Source: Aquabacterium sp. (GTDB lineage: Bacteria; Pseudomonadota; Gammaproteobacteria; Burkholderiales; Burkholderiaceae_C). From it: 64,000 nucleotides of DNA. This document shows positions 58,096 to 64,000 of this stretch, piece by piece; position 1 is the stretch's first letter, and the number at the start of each line of letters is the position of its first letter. Where the stretch lies: NCBI GenBank assembly GCA_047601765.1, contig JASGIQ010000005.1:8792-72791 (forward strand), in the 5' to 3' direction. Position numbers and translations under genes: made by a program. The notes beneath the pieces were generated by a model that saw only the letters and a program-made list of their open reading frames with translations, did no database searches and had not been told where the DNA came from.

Positions 58096-59178
58096 ATGGA
58101 ACTGATCAATGGCACACGCATGGTGGCCGGCTACAACCTGGGCCTGGAGCCCAGTGGTCGGGAATTGCTGGTCGTGGTGATCAAGGGCACGTTCGTGCTC
58201 CCCAAACCCGGGCAGGCGCTGCATCTGCACGAGGCGCAGTTGCCGCTGGTGATGGCCGACACCTTCACCGGTGAACCCGGCCTCAGTGCGCCACTTCAGG
58301 AGATCGATTTCGCGCCGCGCAAGCACCGATGCGACGTGCTGCTGACCGGCAGCGCGCACGCACCGGGCGGAAGGCCGGTCACGCGACTGCAATCGATGCT
58401 GGCCGTGGGGGGGCTGCGCAAGACCATCGAGGTGGTCGGCCCTCGCGTCTGGCAGGCCGGGCTGACGGGCATCCGCGCATCGGACCCTCAGCCCTTCGTG
58501 CAACAGCCGCTGTCTTACGACGTGGCCTTCGGCGGGGTGGACCAGGCTTCGGACGATCCTCAGGAGCACGATGCCTATGGCCTCAACCCGGTGGGCTGTG
58601 GTTTCCACAGGCAGCTGAAGAACGAATGGGTGGACGGCCGACCCTTGCCGCTGACGGAAGCTCCCGGGGAGCCCGTGACCTGGCCGAATGGCAGCTACCA
58701 GCCCATGGCGCTGGGGCCGCTGGGGCGGGGCTGGCAACAGCGAGCCTGTCTGGCCGGCACCTATGACCAGCAATGGCTGGACCATGACTTCCCGTTCCTG
58801 CCGCGCGACTTTGACGAGCGGTATTACCAGGCCGCTCCCGTGGACCAGCAACTGCCCCTGCCCGCACAGCCGCTGGACATCAACCTGATCAACTTCACCG
58901 CCGATGGCCTGCGGCAGTTCACGCTGCCCAACTTCGAGGCGCCGGTGCATGTGTTTCCGCGGCGAGGGCCCCGGGAGGATCATCTGGCGCAACTGGACAC
59001 CATCGTCTTCGAGCCGGATGAGGAGCGCCTCTCATTGACGTGGCGTGTCACGCGGCCCTTGAAGAACAGCCTTCACGAGATTGCGCAGGTGCTGGTGGGC
59101 AAACGCTCGAAGACCTGGTGGCGTGCCATGCATCCTTACGAGAGCCAGCCGGAGATGGCGGCCTTTCTGCCAAGCTGA
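58096..59178 (+). CDS. DUF2169 T6SS accessory/adaptor protein (360 aa)
   Basis: LVVVIKGTF, DFAPRKHRCDVLLTGSAHAP, YDVAFGG, GPLGRGWQQR..AGTYD..W..FPFLP..YYQAAP, LDTIVFEPD. Confidence 0.92.
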   Translation: MELINGTRMVAGYNLGLEPSGRELLVVVIKGTFVLPKPGQALHLHEAQLPLVMADTFTGEPGLSAPLQEIDFAPRKHRCDVLLTGSAHAPGGRPVTRLQSMLAVGGLRKTIEVVGPRVWQAGLTGIRASDPQPFVQQPLSYDVAFGGVDQASDDPQEHDAYGLNPVGCGFHRQLKNEWVDGRPLPLTEAPGEPVTWPNGSYQPMALGPLGRGWQQRACLAGTYDQQWLDHDFPFLPRDFDERYYQAAPVDQQLPLPAQPLDINLINFTADGLRQFTLPNFEAPVHVFPRRGPREDHLAQLDTIVFEPDEERLSLTWRVTRPLKNSLHEIAQVLVGKRSKTWWRAMHPYESQPEMAAFLPS

Positions 59179-59186
59179 GGATCGCC

Positions 59187-60218
59187 ATGGCGCATTTTCC
59201 GATCCTCATCGAACAACTGGGCCTGGTCACCTCCGTGGGCCTGGACGCCGATGCCGCCTGCGCGGCCTTTCGTGCCCGCATCTCCAATCCCTGCGAGACG
59301 CGCTTCAAGGATCCTGCGACCGGGCAATGGATCATGGCGCATGCCGTGCCGCTCGCGGGCGATCGGCAGGGGATCGCCCGTCTGGCCGTCATGGCGGCGG
59401 CGGCCATCCGGCAGGCACTTCGGGATCTGCCGCAGGCGCAATGGGGCCGCCTGCCCCTTCTGCTCTGCGTGGCCGAATCGGAGCGCCCGGGCCGCCTGGC
59501 GGGTCTGGATCAGGAACTCTTCTATGCCATCCAACGTGAGTTGAACCTCACGTTTGCAGATCACTCCATGGTGATCACCCGTGGCCGTGTCGGCGTGGCC
59601 GTGGCCTTGGCGCAAGCCCGGGCCTTGATGGCGCAGAAGAAGTGTGCGCAGGTGCTGGTGGCCGCCACCGACAGCCTGCTCACTGGCGCCACCTTGCAGC
59701 ACCATGGCCGTCAGGGGCGCTTGCTGGGCGGCATCAATCCCAATGGCTTCATGCCGGGCGAAGGGGCCGGGGCCTTGCTGGTCGGCACGCCCCGTCAAGC
59801 GGCCGGTGAACTCACCTTGACTGGCCTGGGATTCGGAGTGGAGCCAGCGCCCCTGAACAGTGGGGAGCCGCTGCGCGCAGAGGGTCTGTCGCAGGCCATC
59901 AAGGCCGCGCTCGCCGATGCGCAGATGCAGATGCACGAGCTGGACTACCGCATCACCGATCTGTCGGGCGAACAGTATTACTTCAAGGAGGCTGCGCTGG
60001 CGCTGTCGCGCACCCTGCGTGTCCTCAAGGATGAATTCGACGTCTGGCATCCGGCGGAATGCATGGGTGAGACCGGTGCAGCCGTTGGCACGGCCATGCT
60101 GGCCTGGGCGCAGGCGGCGGGGCGCAAGGGCTACGGCAAGGGTTCCAGCATCCTGGCGCACATGTCCAACGATGCGGGGCCGCGCGCTGCCATCACCTTG
60201 CGGTACCAGGAGGCTTGA
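59187..60218 (+). CDS. Thiolase/ketoacyl-synthase-fold T6SS accessory protein (PRK06147-like) (343 aa)
   Basis: LGLVTSVGLDA, VAATDSLL, GFMPGEGAGALL, DLSGEQYYFKE, HPAECMGETGAA. Sits between the DUF2169 and DUF4150 genes. Confidence 0.85.
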   Translation: MAHFPILIEQLGLVTSVGLDADAACAAFRARISNPCETRFKDPATGQWIMAHAVPLAGDRQGIARLAVMAAAAIRQALRDLPQAQWGRLPLLLCVAESERPGRLAGLDQELFYAIQRELNLTFADHSMVITRGRVGVAVALAQARALMAQKKCAQVLVAATDSLLTGATLQHHGRQGRLLGGINPNGFMPGEGAGALLVGTPRQAAGELTLTGLGFGVEPAPLNSGEPLRAEGLSQAIKAALADAQMQMHELDYRITDLSGEQYYFKEAALALSRTLRVLKDEFDVWHPAECMGETGAAVGTAMLAWAQAAGRKGYGKGSSILAHMSNDAGPRAAITLRYQEA

Positions 60219-60219
60219 G

Positions 60220-61302
60220 ATGGCCAACGAGGTCTATGCCAACAACATGGAGGTGTCGTGCAAGGCGGCGGCGGGCAAGTCCATCTGCGCTTTCCCGGAC
60301 GTGTGCATGACACCGCCTCAGACACCGGCCACACCGCCCGGGGTGCCCATCCCTTACCCCAACACCGGCATGGCCTCGGACACCACCAGCGGGTCGACCA
60401 GCGTCAAGGTCTCCAACCAGGAGGTCATGCTCAAGAACAAGAGCTATTTCAGCAAGAGCACCGGAGACGAAGCCGGCTCGGCGCCCATGAAGGGCGTGGT
60501 CACGCACAAGAACATGGGCAAGGTGTATTTCAATGCCTGGTCCATGGACGTGAAGGTCGAAGGCGAGAACGTGGTCCGCATGATGGACCTCACCACGCAC
60601 AACCACGGATCGGCGCCTGGCAACAGCCCGACCTGGCCCTACATCGACGCCGTGGCCGTGGCGCTGGACACCTCCCATCCGTGCCATGAGGTGGTCAAGG
60701 GGCTGGCAGACAACAATTGCCAGAAGCACGTCAAGGCCAACACGTATTCGACCGGAGCCGTCAACCGCGCGGGCGCCTCGGCGGACCTGTGTGGCGACCC
60801 GAAGTGCAAAAAGGCCATGGAATGCGTGCTGACCCCTTACAGCCCCTCCAATTGCTGCGATGGGCAGACGCCTCACCACGTGGTGCCCAAGTCCCAGTTC
60901 AAGGAGCGCGGTGCGGGCGGCAAACCCCTGCTCACCAACTCCGCGGGCGACAACCTGTACGACCCGGACAAGGCACCCTGCATTTGCGAGGACGGGCACA
61001 GCCACTCCACCGGCACCCATGGCGACATCCATGAGGAGACCAATCTGCTGACCGTCAACCATCCGACGGTGGCGCCGCACGTCACGGGCAAGACCATCGA
61101 CAAGGATGCGCGCTGGACGGTGGGCGAGGCGGAAGCCGTCGGTGCCGAGGCCTCCGAAAAGGGCGGTGCAAAATGCAAGGAGGGCTGCACGCAGAGCCAG
61201 GTACGGGCGGGCCATCAGCAGATGGGCATCAAGGAATCGGACAAGATCCGGCCCTCGACGGCAGGCCATGTGCCCGACCCGATGGACACCACTGCGCTGT
61301 AA
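60220..61302 (+). CDS. PAAR-like DUF4150 domain fused to a GHH-type (Tox-GHH2-like) HNH nuclease toxin (360 aa)
   Basis: AFPDVCMTP..PIPYPNTG..STGDEAG..DVKVEGENVVR..TTHN, then GQTPHHVVP..APCICEDG..GTHGDIH. Confidence 0.85.
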   Translation: MANEVYANNMEVSCKAAAGKSICAFPDVCMTPPQTPATPPGVPIPYPNTGMASDTTSGSTSVKVSNQEVMLKNKSYFSKSTGDEAGSAPMKGVVTHKNMGKVYFNAWSMDVKVEGENVVRMMDLTTHNHGSAPGNSPTWPYIDAVAVALDTSHPCHEVVKGLADNNCQKHVKANTYSTGAVNRAGASADLCGDPKCKKAMECVLTPYSPSNCCDGQTPHHVVPKSQFKERGAGGKPLLTNSAGDNLYDPDKAPCICEDGHSHSTGTHGDIHEETNLLTVNHPTVAPHVTGKTIDKDARWTVGEAEAVGAEASEKGGAKCKEGCTQSQVRAGHQQMGIKESDKIRPSTAGHVPDPMDTTAL

Positions 61303-61341
61303 GCGTCACCCATTCCGTTGACAGACAAGAGGAAACACACC

Positions 61342-62238
61342 ATGAGCGCCAATCCCTTGAAGGGGCTGATCATGCGCACGGCCGTCGTCCGTGCGCCCGG
61401 GCTGGGCTACATCTATGCGGCCGACCCCAAGAAGGAAGCCGATGAGGTGCCCCATGCGATCACCTTCCGCTTCAAGGATCAGGCCTTCACGCAAGGCCAG
61501 GCGAACTTCGACGCTCATTCGATCACGGTGATCGCCAAGCCGGAGGTCGGGCTCATCGCGGTGTCGGGAGCCGGGTATTACTCGGCCATTCTGGGCAGTG
61601 GCAGCACGGCAGGCGACATCTTCGACCACAGCGCGCCACCCCCTGCCAACAAGCGCACGGGCGGCATCCGCTCCGTGGCCACCATCGACGGGGCGGCCTA
61701 CGCCATCGGTCTGCGTGGGGCTGTCTACCGCTTCGACAAGCCCAAGCAGTGGGCGCGCATCGACGACGGGCTGCCCGAGACCTTCGACGGCCAGGCCCTG
61801 GACGGCTTCTCCGCGAAGGACATCTATGCCGTGGGCCGTCAAGGGCAGCTGTGGCAGTTCAACGGCAGCGCCTGGGTGCAGCGCGATCTGCCCACCTCCG
61901 TGAACCTCACGTCCGTGAAGTGCGCGGGCAATGGGCGTGTCTACATTGCCGGCCATCATGGCGTCCTGATCGAGGGCCGTGACGATGCATGGCGCGTCAT
62001 TGATCATGGCGCCACGGAGGACAACATCTGGGACCTGGAATGGTTTGGCGACCGTCTGTATGTGTCGACCATGAAAGAGCTGTATCAGCTTGACGATGGT
62101 GCCCTGGTGCCGGTCGATTTCGGAGCAGATCGTCCCAAGTCCTTCTACCAGCTCAGTGCCACACCCGAGGTCATGTGGTCGAACGGCGAGTTCGATCTGA
62201 TGTCCTTTGACGGCAAGAGCTGGTCGCGCATCGTCTGA
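61342..62238 (+). CDS. Beta-propeller-like hypothetical protein, candidate immunity (298 aa)
   Basis: Directly after the toxin gene. Repeated (Y/F)AVG.xG.(L/V)..(F/Y)(D/N)G..W blades; no signal peptide. Confidence 0.55.
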   Translation: MSANPLKGLIMRTAVVRAPGLGYIYAADPKKEADEVPHAITFRFKDQAFTQGQANFDAHSITVIAKPEVGLIAVSGAGYYSAILGSGSTAGDIFDHSAPPPANKRTGGIRSVATIDGAAYAIGLRGAVYRFDKPKQWARIDDGLPETFDGQALDGFSAKDIYAVGRQGQLWQFNGSAWVQRDLPTSVNLTSVKCAGNGRVYIAGHHGVLIEGRDDAWRVIDHGATEDNIWDLEWFGDRLYVSTMKELYQLDDGALVPVDFGADRPKSFYQLSATPEVMWSNGEFDLMSFDGKSWSRIV

Positions 62239-62265
62239 TCCCGCGGCCAGCCCCTTCGACCCGCC

Positions 62266-63546
62266 ATGGCCATCATCGAGAACGTGATCCGGCAGCACCT
62301 CGACGAAGCGGAGGTGCTGCGGCATGTCCGCACTTCGCTGGTGCGCGCCCCTCACGTCGAGCTGCACCGGCTGCAGCGGCTGGACGAACGGATGGCCGCA
62401 CACCTCGACGGCCTGTTCGTGGCAGGCGATGCCGCCGCGCCGATGGTGACGGCGGCCCTGGCTTCGCCAACGGTCGGGCTGGTCTTCGTGGGCACGGTGC
62501 TGGCCTTGCAATCCCGACACGCAGAGCGCCTGCACGCACTGGCTGCCATCGCAGAAGCGGTGCCCGAACTGGAGGCCGGCTTCCTGTCCGGGCTCGGCTG
62601 GGTCTCCGCGCCAGATCTGCAAGGGGCCGTACGGGCCTTGCTCGGCAGCCAGACACCCCGGCATCGTGCCTGGGGCCTGCAAGCGTGTGCCATGCACCGC
62701 GTCGACCCGGGCCCGACGCTGAACCGCGCTCTGGAGGATGCGGACGATCAGGTGCGGGCGGTGGCCTGGCGTGTGGCGGGCCAGATGGGCCGCGACGATC
62801 TGAAGGCTGCGGCGGCCACTGCGGTGCGTGCGGGGTCGATCGATGCTGCCCGGGCCCTGACCCTGTGGGGAGGGGTGGATGACGTGGCGCGCGAGGTGCT
62901 GTTGCGGGTGGATGAAGGCCAGACGCTGCCGCGTCTTGCGACGCACCGTCTGCTCACCCTGGCCTCTTCACTGGACTGGGGACGGGAGCAGGTCCGCACG
63001 CTGGTGACCCAGGCAGAGGGCAGCGCAAAGCACAAACGCCGGATGCTGCAGATGGCAGGTTGGCTGGGTGACGCGCAGGTGGTGCCGTGGCTGATTCAGA
63101 ACATGGCCGATGATGTCTGGGCCAGGGCGGCGGGCGAGGCATGGAGCCTGATGACCGGCGCCGATCTCGCGGCACTGGGGCTGGAGCGGCCTCCGCCTGA
63201 AAGGGTCGCAGCCGGCCCCAGCGATGCGCCCGAGGACGAGGATGTGGCGATGGACGAAGACGATGGCCTGCCTTGGCCGGACGTCGGCAAGGTCCAGGCC
63301 TGGTGGCGTTCGCATGCGGGCCAGTTCGTGGCGGGACATCGGTTCTTTGCGGGCGCCACGCCCACCCCTGCGCACTGTTGGCAGCGTCTGCGCAGCGCCG
63401 GGCAACGTCAGCGGATCATGGCAGCCGAGCATCTCTGCCTGCTGCAACGCGGGGGGCAGTTGTTTCCCGTGGCGGCGCCCGCATGGCGCCAGAGCCGCTG
63501 GCTTGCAGCCATGTCCTCGGCTCCTTCTGGAGTGGGCTCGCCATGA
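62266..63546 (+). CDS. TIGR02270-family HEAT-repeat-like protein (426 aa)
   Basis: IRQHLDEA..LDERMAAHLDGL at the N-terminus; GWLGDAQVVPWLI..AGEAWSLMTG..DEDDGLPWPD. Typical neighbour of DUF2169 cassettes. Confidence 0.8.
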   Translation: MAIIENVIRQHLDEAEVLRHVRTSLVRAPHVELHRLQRLDERMAAHLDGLFVAGDAAAPMVTAALASPTVGLVFVGTVLALQSRHAERLHALAAIAEAVPELEAGFLSGLGWVSAPDLQGAVRALLGSQTPRHRAWGLQACAMHRVDPGPTLNRALEDADDQVRAVAWRVAGQMGRDDLKAAAATAVRAGSIDAARALTLWGGVDDVAREVLLRVDEGQTLPRLATHRLLTLASSLDWGREQVRTLVTQAEGSAKHKRRMLQMAGWLGDAQVVPWLIQNMADDVWARAAGEAWSLMTGADLAALGLERPPPERVAAGPSDAPEDEDVAMDEDDGLPWPDVGKVQAWWRSHAGQFVAGHRFFAGATPTPAHCWQRLRSAGQRQRIMAAEHLCLLQRGGQLFPVAAPAWRQSRWLAAMSSAPSGVGSP

Positions 63547-63713
63547 CCCTCGATCCCAAATGGGTGCTGGCCATCGTCGGCGCCATCATGCTGGCCCTGG
63601 CCCTCAAGGACCTGGCCCGCGAGCGCCGCATCACCCCGGCCGTCAAGACGCGGCTCATCGTCGCCTTCATCTTTGCCGCCGTCCTGGTGTGGCTTTCGAT
63701 GCATCAGAAGTGA
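63543..63713 (+). CDS. Small two-helix membrane protein (56 aa)
   Basis: ATGA overlap with the previous stop. Two hydrophobic segments separated by RERRITPAVKTR. Confidence 0.6.
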   Translation: MTLDPKWVLAIVGAIMLALALKDLARERRITPAVKTRLIVAFIFAAVLVWLSMHQK

Positions 63714-63824
63714 CACGGGCATGACTTTCGTTGATTGACCAGGGTCAGCCACCCCGAGAGGATCGGGGGTATCGTCTCGTCATCGTCCCCTTTCTCACCC
63801 CGGGATCCAGGAGCCCGCCCCATC

Positions 63825-64000
63825 ATGCATTTGCTCATCCGTGCCGTCAGCCTGGCTGGACAGCCCTTGACGCAGGCGATCTCCGCCTACTTCGATGAGC
63901 GGGGCGGCACCATTGGCCGCTCGGACACCAACACCCTGGCCTTGCCGGATCCTGAAAGACGCATCTCCCGCCTGCAGGCCGAAGTCAGCCTCATCCCCGA
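63825..64000 (+). CDS. tagH: T6SS FHA-domain protein TagH, N-terminus (runs off the window)
   Basis: AGGAG RBS region. GGTIGRSDTNTLALPDPERRISRLQA carries the FHA GR and SR motifs. Confidence 0.85.
   Translation, partial: MHLLIRAVSLAGQPLTQAISAYFDERGGTIGRSDTNTLALPDPERRISRLQAEVSLIP

Overview
GC-rich bacterial window, probably Burkholderiales-like Betaproteobacteria (inferred from codon usage and gene content). It has five blocks. (1) 1-21.9 kb: the tail of a haemagglutinin-like exoprotein, a 5,436-aa RHS/YD-repeat protein with LysM and a C-terminal PD-(D/E)xK-type nuclease, two paralogous candidate immunity genes, and a secreted M12B-like metalloprotease with a beta-propeller. (2) 22-30 kb: an Lrp regulator divergent from a lysine-fermentation (Stadtman pathway) operon kamA-kdd-kamB-kamD-kamE-kal-kce, with no kamC. 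(3) 30-41 kb: an accessory island with a frameshifted orphan vgrG, an unknown effector plus lipoprotein pair, an intact IS3 with a 4-bp target duplication, and a 1,468-aa nuclease-TPR-GreA/B-C-PIN candidate defence gene. (4) A VOC gene and a palindromic element. (5) 41.5-64 kb: a type VI secretion cluster (tssA,B,C, hcp x2, tagJ, tssE,F,G, clpV, vgrG, DUF2169/DUF4150-GHH cassette, start of tagH). Six reading-frame lesions fall in four T6SS-related genes. No rRNA, tRNA or CRISPR array was seen. All family calls come from motif recognition by eye; no database searches were run.
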